From positions 15,500,001 to 15,564,000 of the forward strand of contig OX597819.1 in assembly GCA_951406725.2 (NCBI GenBank): a stretch of 64,000 nt of DNA, in the 5' to 3' direction. The notes beneath the pieces were generated by a model. It had not been told where the DNA came from. It worked only from the letters and a program-made list of their open reading frames with translations, and made no database searches. The first letter of the stretch is position 1; every line of letters begins with the position of its first letter. This DNA is from Octopus vulgaris. Its lineage: Eukaryota. A program made the position numbers and the translations under genes. Of the stretch, positions 49,584 to 64,000 are shown piece after piece.

Positions 49584-50148
49584 TCATGAGACATTGATAT
49601 TTTCTTCAGTGATTTTAACATCTGGAAGTCTGTTTGACAGTTAAGGTCTCATAAGACTGAAACATGTCCAAAGTTGTCACTGTTCTGATAAATATCTGAC
49701 TCCCCTCTTCTATTTCTTCAGTTTTATAAAGTCCGAAGAGGCTATTGGCTCTCTCCATCTACAAAAAGCCAATAAAATGTCTGCAATCTCAGACATCCAG
49801 CGATGTACCATTATTCCAGTCAACACCCCTGCTCCTACCTAACACATTCTGTATAAAAAAATCACAAACCATGCAGTAAATGTAGTAAAATCAAAAAACT
49901 TGAATTTAAATTATCATTTTAAACAAGACAGAATCATTATTGACTGAATGAGTAATACTGTTTATGAAAATAAGGGCCGAGGAGACAACACTGGAATTTA
50001 AATTAAATGGGGAGTCAGATATTTATCAGAACAGTGATAACTTTGGACATGTTTCAGTCTTATAAGACCTTAACAGTCAAACAAACTACCAGATGTCAAA
50101 CAGACTTCCAGATGTTAAAATGACCAAAGAAAATAGCAATGTCTCATG
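49584..50148. repeat. Intronic inverted repeat (~120-bp arms) with decayed hammerhead core
   Basis: 49584-49705 vs 50008-50148; ggtctcataagact-GAAACATGTC. Confidence 0.75.
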
Positions 50149-50591
50149 TGTGAAATGAAAATAACTAACAATAACTTAAAATAATGACATCCCACAAGTT
50201 TTATCTTTAATACTACAGTATTACAATACATTCAACACTGATTTTCCAAAACCTCTGGTTCCAGAGTCTTTCTGGATTACGGATTTTTCCAAATTAGGGA
50301 TGGTCACCTTCGTCAACACTCTACATTTACACAAATATAAAATTTACTTAAATAATTAAAAGAAATACCGATACCTCTACATTAGTATAAAAGATACAAG
50401 CTTATTGATACTGTACTGTGCAAGATACCAGTAAACCAGTTTGGTTGTCACAGGAAGTTGAAGTTCCTGTTCATGGAAACGATGGTGATGATGAAATTAA
50501 AGCAGATTGTAAGACACTCCAGACAATCAGCATTTAGAAAGTCTGTGTTGTACCTGTATAATACTATTTATTATAATTTATTATAATAATA

Positions 50592-51521
50592 TTACCTCCA
50601 CCAAGGAAGGAGGTTATGTTTTCATTGGCATTGGTTTGTCCACCTGACCATCTGTGTGCAATAAACTCAAAAAGTTGTATATGGTACTAGCAGTATCGCC
50701 TGGCGTTGCTCGGGTTTGTAAGGGAAATAACTATATAAGCATTTTTAGAGAGTTACTTCCCTTATATAAACCGAGCAAAAATGCATTAAAACTGCGGAAA
50801 AATGATGGTAAATTTTTTTTTAAATCATAGACTCATCGTAGACACGCGCTAATACCCAGAAGGGCTCAATATGAATCACAACTATAAGATACCCACTTTT
50901 GGTTAAACAGCACCGCAAAATGTGGGAGTAGTTAGGAATCTAAATCGGGAGTAGACAGACACACACACACAACTTCAGTTTTATATATAAAGATTTGATG
51001 AAACTTGCAGGAAAAGTTGGTAATGACATACGGAACAGATGATGAAATTTTGGTAGTGATCCAGGAATTTTTATGGATTCTTGAAGGATTTTTCATTTGT
51101 TATATTTATTTTACATGAAATATTACAATGTTACGTTCTTTGATTATCTCCCTTGAAAACACATTCATCTCCATGTAACCTATGGTGGTGTTGCTGTTTC
51201 CAAAGTTTATTTTCGTTTCTCTATTAGTAATTTTACTCGCGTTGTGTGTGTATCACTCAAGTTTTAGGTAATTGTTGTTTCTTTTTAGTTGTATAGTGAA
51301 ACTAGCTTGCTGTTGTCAATGATGTATTATAACTGCTTCAAATGATTCCTGTTTTTAAAGGGTTTTCTTTTTAAATCATATGGCTGTGTTATTTTTTTTT
51401 AACCCCTGCTAAGGAGGTTATGTTTTTGCCAGCGTTGGTTTGGGAAATTGGGCAATTTTCAGCGTGTGTGTATATGGGTGGAAATGCTTGGTGGTCTGCA
51501 CTCTCAGAGTGCTTTTCTAGT
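50592..51521 (+). mobile_element. Non-autonomous Helitron/Helentron-like repeat with nested repeat (~50686-50994)
   Basis: 3' hairpin gcactctcagagtgc followed by ttttCTAGt; 5' attacctcc..ggaggttatgtttt motif. Confidence 0.55.
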
Positions 51522-52243
51522 TATAATATATTATAATCATGTTTTAATTAAACTTGAAAACTATTCATTCATCTTCCTCATTTACAATAATTTATTTCAA
51601 ATAACTGAAAAAGCTTCTAGATGGTTGTTTGACTAGCTAGAAATAACACCCATTTGCCCCTCATATCAAACCCTACAGTTTCTAAAAAGGAAGAACACAT
51701 TGCGTATTGTAAATCTAGATGCACGTGAAAAGCACCATTTGAGCATGATCATTGCCAGCATTGCCTTACTGGCACATGTGCCAGTGGCACGTGAAAAAAC
51801 AACATTCAAGTGTGGTTGTTACCAGTGCTGCCAGACTGGCTCCCATGCAGGTAGCATGTAAAATACACCTTTTGAGTATGGTTGTTGCCAGAACTGCTTG
51901 ACTGGCCCTTGTGCCAGTGTCATGTAAAAGCACCCACTACACTCTCGGAGTGGTTGGCATTAGTAAGGGTATCCAGCTGTAGAAACTTTGCCAGATCAGA
52001 TTGAGCCTGGTGCAGCCATCTGGCTCACCAATCCTCAGTCAAACCGTCCAACCCATGCCAGCATGGAAAGCAGACGTTAAACAACGATGATGATGATGAT
52101 GACGATGACAATGCCACAAAGTAAAAAAAAAAAGACAAGTTGATCACGACTGGAATGTTTTTGATCACAGGTCTGCTTAATCAAGGCTAACCTGGGGCTA
52201 AATAACTACAAAAGAGACAGAGGAGAAAAATGAAAAGGTCTTA

Positions 52244-52519
<276 letters not shown>

Positions 52520-53024
52520 CTAAACAACAAGAACAACAGAGGGAATACAGTTCTATATTCAAGAGATGACAAATTACGTACATTATTTACATTTGACGGA
52601 TATTTGTCCTCATCTTGTTTGTCATTAGTTAGTTAGTTAGTTAATTTTTCGGCTCAAAAAGCAAAAAGCAAGGCCATGTAGGGGAACATGGAGTTATGTA
52701 CAGGGTGGTGTTCATGTAAAGGGTTCAGGCCACTTGTGGTCAAGGGAGACTTTGAACCGAGCGGTTGTCGGCATCTCTTCCGGCAGCTTATTCCACGGAT
52801 CCGCAACCCGGACGGAGAAAGCCCCTCTCCTTCGATTGAGATGAAATCGTCGCAGATAGAGCTTTTCGGAATGACCCCGCAGCCGACGCTCTGGAGCAGG
52901 AGTGAAGAACAGCTCTTTTGAGAGGTAACACTTTCCGCTTATGATGTTGTGAGCAAGAATGAGATAACCACGGCGTCGTCGTTAATACCTTTGGAATGAG
53001 AACCCAGGTTCGAAATTTCCCCAA

Positions 53025-53070
53025 GACACCTGATGAAGGCTGGAGGGTATACCAGCTGAAACGTTGTGTT
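53025..53070 (+). ncRNA. Minimal type I hammerhead ribozyme in a Penelope-like repeat
   Basis: gacac-CTGATGA-ag(gctgg..ccagc)t-GAA-ACGT-T-gtgtt. Stem I is gacac/gtgtt; stem III is a loopless palindrome. Confidence 0.55.
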
Positions 53071-53806
53071 AACAACAAATAAGACGAGGACAAATATCTG
53101 TCAGACTGTATTTACAAACTGTAGCCAATAACACGTCAGTCACTAAATGATAATCAGGTCAAGCTACTAGCACAGCCATGCTTAGCACCAACCGATCGTG
53201 GTCATTGCCAGCCTCTCCTGGCACGTAAAAAGCACCATCCGTATGTGGCTGATGCTAGGACTGCCTTGACTGGCTTCCGTGCTGGTGGCAAGTAAAAAGC
53301 ACCAACCAATCGTGGCCATTGCCAGCCTCCACCGGCACCTGTGCCAGTGGCATGTAAAAAGCACCCACTACACTCATAGAATGGTTGGCGTTAGGAAGGG
53401 CATCCAGCTGTAGAAGCACTGCCAGATCAGACAGGAGCCTGGTGCAGCCTCCTAGTTTCCCAGACCCCAGTCAAACCGTCCAACCCATGTTAGCATGGAA
53501 AATAGATGTTAAACGATGATGATGATGATGATGTTATGTTGAAAGGGATCTTTCAAGGCTTGGCTCAACCAGAATTTGTTGAGCAATTTTCTACAGGCCG
53601 ATAGAAATTCCTATTGCCAACCTTCAACTGTTTCCAAACAAATATTTCCCTATGGTTGGATATATGACATTTGTCAGATGATGAAATGATCACAGAGCAA
53701 CGTGAAATGAAGTGCTTTGTTCAAGAACACAACACAACACCCAGTCTGGGAATCGAAACCACAAACTCCCAATCATGAGTGCAACACCCTAACCACTAAG
53801 CCATAC

Positions 53807-53845
<39 letters not shown>

Positions 53846-54280
53846 GTAGTTGAAAATACACACTGCCCATGGCTATAATATAGTAGAAGACATTTGCCCA
53901 AGGGGCAACACAGTGGAACTGAACCCAAAACCATGTGGTTGAGAAGCAACCTTCTTAACCACACAGCCATGCTGTTCTTGTACCATTTGTTTCCCAGTTT
54001 TTAAAGTAACCACTCTGTATCCTTGTGTCATGTAAGACATCACTGAAAAGGTTGACCTCAGGTAAGGCAATTAGCTGCAAAACACTGGATCAAAAAGTCC
54101 CATCCAACACATGCCATCATGGAAAAGCGGATGCAAAAACACTATATAAAGTCATAGATGTCATTAGCGGTTGTAGTAGAAGTTGGTGATGATGGTATAT
54201 TCCTGTTTGACAGGGAGGGAGGAGGGAGGGGGACCTGGGGGTAAGGACATGAAGACGTCATAAAGCCAAGATAGCAACTA

Positions 54281-55244
<964 letters not shown>

Positions 55245-55364
55245 CTAGATGAGAAGATGAGGCAGGCTAGATGAGAAGATGAGGCAGGCTAGATGAGAAG
55301 ATGAGGTGAAAAATGAGTGGAGGTGGTGGTGACAGCAGTAGTAGTAATGAAAGGTCAGCACTCA

Positions 55365-55487
<123 letters not shown>

Positions 55488-56070
55488 TTATCATCATCAG
55501 CATCATTATTATTATTACTATTATCATCATTATTATTATTATTATTATTATTATTAATATCATTATTATTATTATCATTATCATTATTATTATTACTATT
55601 ATCATCATTATTATTATTATTATTATTATTAATATCATTATTATTATTATCATTATCATTATTATTATTACTATTATCATCATTATTATTATTATTATTA
55701 TTATTAATATCATTATTATTATTATCATTATCATTATTATTATTACTATTATCATCATTATTATTATTATTATTATTATTAATATCATTATTATTATTAT
55801 CATTATCATTATTATTATTACTATTATCATCATTATTATTATTATTATTATTATTATTAATATCATTATTATTATTATCATTATCATTATTATTATTACT
55901 ATTATCATCATCATTAGTATTATTATCATTATTATTATTATTATTATTATCATCATTATTATTATTACTATTATCATCATTATTATTATTATTAATATCA
56001 TTATTATTATTATCATCATCATCACTATTATTATTAATATTATTAATATCATTACTACTGCTGCTGCTGC
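55488..56070. repeat. (ATT/ATC)n microsatellite with ~63-bp higher-order period
   Basis: The pattern ..attaatatcattattattattatcattatcattattattattactattatcatc.. repeats about 5 times. Confidence 0.9.
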
Positions 56071-57192
56071 TGCAACAATCAAAATGCATATTATCCAGAT
56101 ACACAACATAACCCAATCATTACACAGAATATACAGAAGGATAACCATCACTGCTTTAGCAAAGAAAATGGCTTTAACATGTTGTGTTGTATAGCTGTGT
56201 GTGCATTTAATACAGATATATAAGTATAAAACTCTTAGCAATGGAAGCAGTGTTAATACCCAATGACAATCTTTATACCATACATATTAGAATGCCATAT
56301 ACAGCAGCATTCACCTTGCGAGATCCTCTCATGTAAATGTACAAAGAGAAATGACAAATATTGCTAGCAGATGACAATCATCTGGCATGAGTACCAGAAC
56401 AGCCGAATCATGTAATTTCATTATACATGCACGTCTTCAGTGGCAGGCATCCACTCACCCTATGCCAGCCAAATCTTACTGCTGATATATAGAATAACAG
56501 TGACTGTTCAGCCATTGATGTCACAAATAGACAGCTGGCTTTATTAAAAGATAAATATTAGTGACAGAAGCAGCATTAATACGGAATAGCACTGTAGATC
56601 TCTATGAGAGGGTCTCACAAGGCAAACACAACAGCATACAGCATTCTAATAATACATTCATATTAAGTAGGATAAAAACATTGACATTTTTATTTATATA
56701 CATAAATGTATGCATATCTTGACTGGCTTCTGTGCCAGTGGCATGTAAAAAGCACCAACCGATCGTGTCCGCTGCCAGTCTCCCCTGGCACCTGTACTGG
56801 CGGTACGTAAAAAGCACCCACTACTCTCGTGGAGTGGTTGGCGTTAGGAAGGGCATCCAGCTGTAGAAACACTGCCAGATCAGACTGGAGCCTGGTGCAG
56901 CCTCCTGGCTCCCAGACCCCAGTCGAACCGTCCAGCCCGTGGTAGCACGGAAAACGGACGTTAAACGATGATGATGATGATCATCATCATTATAGTTTTA
57001 AAGTCCATCTTTCCATACTTGCATAAGTCAGACAAGTTTTATTGAAAGCATAACAGTATTGTCTCCTACAAAAGCACCAAATAGTGTCATTACACTTCTG
57101 CAGCCGGGTAATCAGCACACTATAAACATACATACATCTTCTTAGAAAGGGTTGAATCAGTGAGAGACAGAGAAACAAAGACAGGGGTTTAC

Positions 57193-57423
57193 CTTCTCCC
57201 TGCGTGCAGCACAGAACTGTATCCAACTGAAGTAGACGTTACAGAAACTGTTTCTTGTGATCCCTAATAGCCGGCTATCATAATCATCATCAACATGAGC
57301 ATTGAAGGTGGGGTCAAGGTCAACATAGTCGTTACACTGGAGTGGCGCTAGGGCCACCCGTAGCTCTTCATTCTGGCTCCACTGATCGAGACAAGGGGAA
57401 CGTACTGTGTAGTATATGATACT
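57193..57423 (-). CDS. pcnx: Pecanex exon SIIYYTVR...DYVDLDPTFN..DYDSRLLGITR..ARREK
   Basis: Homology to PCNX; 231 nt, phase 0. Confidence 0.96.
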
Positions 57424-57838
57424 CTGAAATAGAAAACATAGATGGCGCTAGTTAGTGTATGAAGTCAAGGACTATGGGAGGGGGTTCAGAGGCTACAGCT
57501 ACAAGGAGCGGTCCTGGAGGGAGGGGACAGTAGATGTAGGGGTTGTCAGGGAAAATGGATATAAAGGGTCACATTTGCTCAACCTGCAAAGGCCATGGTA
57601 ATACAACCCCATAATAAACCAAAAATACTACTCAGTAAACACTATACTATGACACTGACTACTACAACAGTACAGTGACTACTATACAACAACCACTACA
57701 ACAGCCCAGTGGCCATTATACTACAACACCCATTACCACAGTGAATGACCAGTACACTAGAACCCATGCCACTACAACAATCAATAAAGTAACTGCTATA
57801 CTACCACACTTGCAATTACTATACCCTAGTGACTGCTA

Positions 57839-58594
<756 letters not shown>

Positions 58595-59001
58595 TCAAAT
58601 ACATCATGTTGTGCTACACACGAAGCAGGTGAGTGACTCACGTGTCACTAAGTGCCATAAGCTCATAGATATCACTGTGCCACTGGCACACTGTGTGCTG
58701 TATACACAACATAATTGTGACTCCGACAAAGAGTTGTTACTATGTGCCATGCATAGTCGTGCCACTGTGTACTATGCATAGAGTAGTGATACAAAGTGTG
58801 GAGAGTCACAAATGTGCCATTTACACACAGTTGTGATTCAAAATACTATATGATATACACAGTGTGCCACACGCATACAGCAGTAACTTAGAGTGGTGTC
58901 ACAGCATGCTGTATACACACAACAGTGACCTAGATGCAGTGAGGTGTCACAGTGTGCCATACAAACCTAGACAGTATGTAGTGACACAAACACAATTTTA
59001 C

Positions 59002-59061
59002 CTTCGTCGTTGTTGACTTCTTCTGTAATAGCTTCCACTTCTCTCTGTTGGCAGTAGGTCC
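59002..59061 (-). CDS. pcnx: Pecanex 60-nt exon (G)TYCQQREVEAITEEVNNDE(G)
   Basis: GTYCQQREVEAI motif; AG/GT junctions, phase 1 to 1. Confidence 0.95.
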
Positions 59062-60607
59062 CTGGAGGGGAATAAATAGAACACAGTAATTACAATGGGT
59101 CCCTGGAGGGGAGTAAATAATAAGCATAATTACAACTACTAGATTTTGGTGTTGATTCCAACCTACACCCAACCTAACACAAAACCATACGAAGGGTCTG
59201 TATGTGGGAACGAAGAAGAAGAAAAGGGAGATATGGAGGGAACAATAATAATGTATTTTGTTTCAGGAGATAAATTTAAGGACATATCTGAGATTATGTC
59301 AGTCCATTGTGCAAGGCATTACACACACACGCACAGGCCCACGCACACACACAAGCCCATGCACAACACACATGCACAGACACAGCACACACGCACAGAG
59401 GCCCACGCACAACACACACACAGCACACACGCACACAGAGGCCCACACACAACACACACAGGCTCATGCACATCAGACACTCACACACAGGCTCATGCAC
59501 AATGCACACACACACACAGGCCCATGCACAACACACATGCTCACGCACAACACACACAGACAGAGGCTCATGCACACCAGACACACACACATTAATAAAT
59601 AAATAAATGACATAAAAAACTAGGAGTTCATAATAACATACATTGGCATACAGCCGTTTATGCTACGAGATTTGTACACCCGAAATTTAGATGATACATG
59701 TTCATACATCAGAGTATGAACATGTATATAAACAGACACACACACAGAACAGAGGACAGAAGCAGGTCCAAGTGGGGACACATTAGTATATGACTGACCT
59801 CTTCTCTGTCAGGGGACACTTATAAATATATATCTAGGGTTTTACACACCACACAGCATCTACGTCTTCTCTAACTCTAATAGAAATAGCAGCCAAATTT
59901 CTTCCAAAGCACACTGTTCCATCTTAGCAATGGGTAACAAAGATACATCAGATGCTGTAGCTGAAAATGAATTGTCATCATCATCATCATCGTCATTTAA
60001 TGTCCACTTTCCATGCTGGCATGGGACGGATGGTTTGACCGAGGACTGGTGAGCCAGAAGGCTGCACCCTAGACAAAAAAAAAAAAAGAAATTGGAATAG
60101 TTGTGGTTGGAACATGGACGTTAGATGATGATGATGATGATGAAGACTAGTGTCTAAATAGAGAGTTTCATCATCGTTCGTTTAACGTCCGCTTTCCATG
60201 CTAGCATGGGTTGGATGATTTTTGACTGAAGGCTGGCGAACCAGACGGCCGCACCAGGCTCCAGTCTTGATCTGGCGGAGTTTCTACAGCTGGATGCCCT
60301 TCCTAATGCCAACCACTCTGAGAGTGTAGTGGGTGCTTTTACGTGCCACTGGCATGGGGCCAGTCAGGCGGTACTGGCAATGACCTCGCTCGAATCTTTT
60401 ACACAAGCCACCGGCACAGGTGCCAGTAAGGCGACGTTGGTAACGATCACGCTCGAATGGTGTCTTTTACGTGCTACTGGCACGGAGGCCAGATAGCCAC
60501 TCTGGCAATGATCACGCTCAGATGGTCTCAGCAACAATTGGTTGATGGCCCCATGGTTCTTAAACAACGCAGTTTGCCATGACCCAATGGCTGCAAGGGG
60601 CTCGTCA

Positions 60608-60943
<336 letters not shown>

Positions 60944-61296
60944 TTAGATAGAGGTGGTGAAGTGATAGGAAAACAACAACAGCAATAACAACAACAACAG
61001 CAGTAACAACTATCAAGGGACCTCATATGAGGTCATTCGAACTGTTAGAAACAGCAGCCAGATTTACTCTAAATCCTACCCAGTGGCCTTTAAAGTATCC
61101 ACCCTCCACGAATGATGGATTTGACACTGCTTAAAGTTTGCTTGTATGGACAAAGGGGTCAGAGTGCAAGGGAGGAAACTCTAACGATCACGAGTAGCAG
61201 TATTAGTAATAGTAGCAGCAGCAATAATGATGATAATAATAATAATATCATCATCATCATCATCATCACAGATGTCAAGTAGAACATAGAACTGAC

Positions 61297-61355
61297 CTGG
61301 ATTGCGCTCCAGTTGAGACGCTAAACATGTATTGCTATGGTCAACTCTTTTGGTG
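61297..61355 (-). CDS. pcnx: Pecanex exon [19 protein letters not shown] (most 5' exon found; gene continues beyond window)
   Basis: Resembles [21 protein letters not shown]. AG at 61356-61357, GT at 61296. Confidence 0.93.
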
Positions 61356-61774
61356 CTGAAATAGAGAAGAATGGCTGGCATTAGATGAGTGTCTTGTAGC
61401 AGTTTGGGTATGGTTTATATAAAAGTCTTGTTTAACAGAATAAAGTGGGAGAGTCGTGTCTGAAAAAGATGGAATGAAAAGTCATGTCTAACATGAGAGA
61501 ATGAAGAACCTTGGTTAAGTGGAATGGAGAGTCTAGTTCAATAATGTAGAGTGGAGAGTCTTATCTAATAGTAGTGAACCAGAGTAAAGATATTTGGAAT
61601 TTTTTTTTTAAATTGTACAGAATCAAAATTTTTGTTGGGTGACAAGTTGTTTTGATATTTCTTTGAGAATTGTAAAGAAACATAAAAAGCACAGACTTGA
61701 TGAATAGAAACATTCCCTGCCACCTTTCAATTCACAACTCATCTCAAATTCATTCCCTCACACATACACGCATA

Positions 61775-62856
61775 TACCATAAAAACCCATGTAATTTACG
61801 CACTTTTTTTCACAAAACTAAAAATAAACTTTAGGGGTGCGTAAAGTACATGAGCAGATTGTTTCTAGAATTTGTTTTGAAATTTTTTTTGTTGCTAAAA
61901 GACATAAAAAACATAAAATTTGTACCGTAAGTTGACTTAATTTAATGTTAGAAAAGGTTTTTACAGAAAAAATAATGGCTTAAATATGCATAATGAAGTT
62001 GACTTTTATTTATGCTGGATGGTATAATGCTTACTTTTTCTGTATAAATTTACTAAAACCATTAAATGGTTAACTATTTTTTGAAGTCTAACATTCATGC
62101 TGGTAAACACGGTCTGGACCATATTTTACATTGCTTGGAGTTTCTACCTATCACAATAGAGCATATATTTAATTTTTCTTTCACAGTAAACGATTCATAA
62201 GTTCTCCCCATACTGACAATAATGGTAATGACAAATTTTAAAGTTTGCTTGACATTTTATAAGTGTGAAAGGGATTAAAATTGCGATACTCCGTATCAAA
62301 GGTTCTGACAAGAATAGGCAGAAAAAAATTCTGTTTACATAATCAACTTGATCAGTCACTTTCCTCTGTCGGTTGAGTAAAGTGTCATCCAAGCTGATGT
62401 TTCTTGGTAATTAAACTTAATTTGCAACACTTGTGCATATTTATCATCTTTGTTTTTGTTGGTAATTCTCGTCAACATCTTTTCCTGTGATTTGAAAAGA
62501 CATACAGCAGTATGCTAAAGATTGAACATAATCTCTTGTGGGCAAGAAACGTAAAATAAAGTTTATTATAAACAACACAAACAGATTGTAATTTAATAGC
62601 TTTTAATGTGATACCTGTTAAACAGAAATTATTTGTATTTAATGAAAAGTTAATAAAATCTAATCAGAAGTAAGTAAAATTATGCTAAATACAACTAAAT
62701 TGAAAACCTTTTTCCCCTGGCTATATCGGCAATTCTCAAAACTTTTAGGTACGAATTTTACATAAGTAGAAGCTTTTTGTTTTTAACAAATTTTATCCTG
62801 TAAATCACCTGCATAAGTTACACAGGTGCACAAATTATAAGGGCTTTTACAGTGTA

Positions 62857-62857
<1 letters not shown>
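61775..62857. mobile_element. Possible old pogo/Tigger-like element
   Basis: Degenerate termini taccataaaaacccatgtaatttacgcac / gtgcacaaattataagggcttttacagtgta. Confidence 0.35.
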
Positions 62858-62915
<58 letters not shown>

Positions 62916-63108
62916 ATACACACATGTCATGTTAAGGTCATCTCTACAGATTTTCCATAGAAATTATAGTCAGCATTGATTTGGTTACAATGTTTCATAT
63001 CCAAGACGCCAGATGTAAACAAACAAGGAGATCAAAGATGAAAAATGGGTAATGAGCATATATGCTATATTTCAGAACATTTTTGCTCCATCTGCACCCA
63101 TCCAACCC

Positions 63109-63582
63109 ATTATCCCTTTTATTACCATATTTCTGTTGAGATGCTCTGTGTTTCTTTCAATTAATTTTAAATATAACAAAGAATTTAGTAAAATAACTTG
63201 GTTATCATTAAGCGAGTATTAGGAACATAAATTATGACTAAGGTTTGGTGGAAGATTTTAATTCAGAACTTATGAAAACAAGACATTTCTACTACAGAGC
63301 CAGAGCCAGTTTCAGCCGGGTTGGTATTGAAAGGGTTAAGAATTGCTTGTCTATTATATATTTTAACCCTTTTGTTACCATATTTCTGTTGAGATGCTCT
63401 GTGTTTCTTTCAATTGATTTTAAATATAACAAAGAATTTAGTAAAATAACTTGGTTATCATTCAACTAGTGTTAGGAACATAAATTGTGACTAAGGTTTG
63501 GTAGAAGATTTTAATTGAAAACTTACAAAAACAAGATATTTGTACTACAGAGCCCAGGTGTGGTTTCAGCCAGGTTCTTAAA
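63109..63582. mobile_element. Two tandem ~230-bp piggyBac-like MITE copies
   Basis: ttaacccttt...aaagggttaa termini; 63109-63339 and 63363-63582 are direct repeats. Confidence 0.6.
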
Positions 63583-64000
63583 TAGCAATGTGTAAATTGG
63601 TATACCCAATAATGTTACACTGCTATATGTAGTGGCTATTTAAGCAACGAGTTTGTAGATGATTAATGGGTTTTATATGGGTGTTGGTGAAGGAGCAAAA
63701 CTCCCAGAATATGGCATATATGTCTATTATCCATTTTCCATGAAATATCATCATCGTTTAACGTCCACTAACAAAAATCAGTGCTGGCTATAATTTCTGT
63801 AGCGATGACCTTAACAAGTGATTTAAGAGCACTGCTAACACAGCAGAACATGGTATTGACTTATAAAAACATTTAATATACTTTATAGAATATTATAGTT
63901 GCATAACGAAGCCCAATGTCCTTACAAGTCATTAGTATATATATATGCACACACACACTTTCTTACCTCTTATTCTCTCTCTCTCTCTCTCTCTTCACCA

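Noticed and set aside
63960-64000. Further pecanex exon ending at the GTAAGA donor-like site
   Set aside because: The upstream sequence is (AG)n and does not encode the expected ..WERDY peptide.

Overview
Repeat-rich eukaryotic DNA, most likely octopus/coleoid cephalopod (inferred from the tRNA-derived SINE families, RTE LINEs and dense microsatellites). The right third (46241-61355, minus strand) holds the last 12 coding exons (~761 aa) of a pecanex gene; all GT-AG junctions are in phase. The left half is a direct segmental duplication (1-~13460 vs ~21373-~30240). Each copy carries a spliced C19orf12/Nazo-like gene ending at a shared premature TGA, giving 49-aa and 74-aa glycine-zipper microproteins. 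The two copies differ almost only by non-synonymous changes and in-frame indels, which suggests diversifying selection rather than decay. Other content: two Tc1 (DD34E) copies, a compact 4.1-kb Gypsy element nested in a CR1/L2-like LINE, a probable recombinant solo LTR, and Helitron, Penelope and mariner remnants. Several palindromic repeats carry minimal hammerhead-ribozyme cores. A ~3-kb array of ~48-bp hairpin units (38.6-41.6 kb) is followed by a cluster of STAT/kB-like sites. All family assignments were made by eye, with no database search, and repeat boundaries are approximate.
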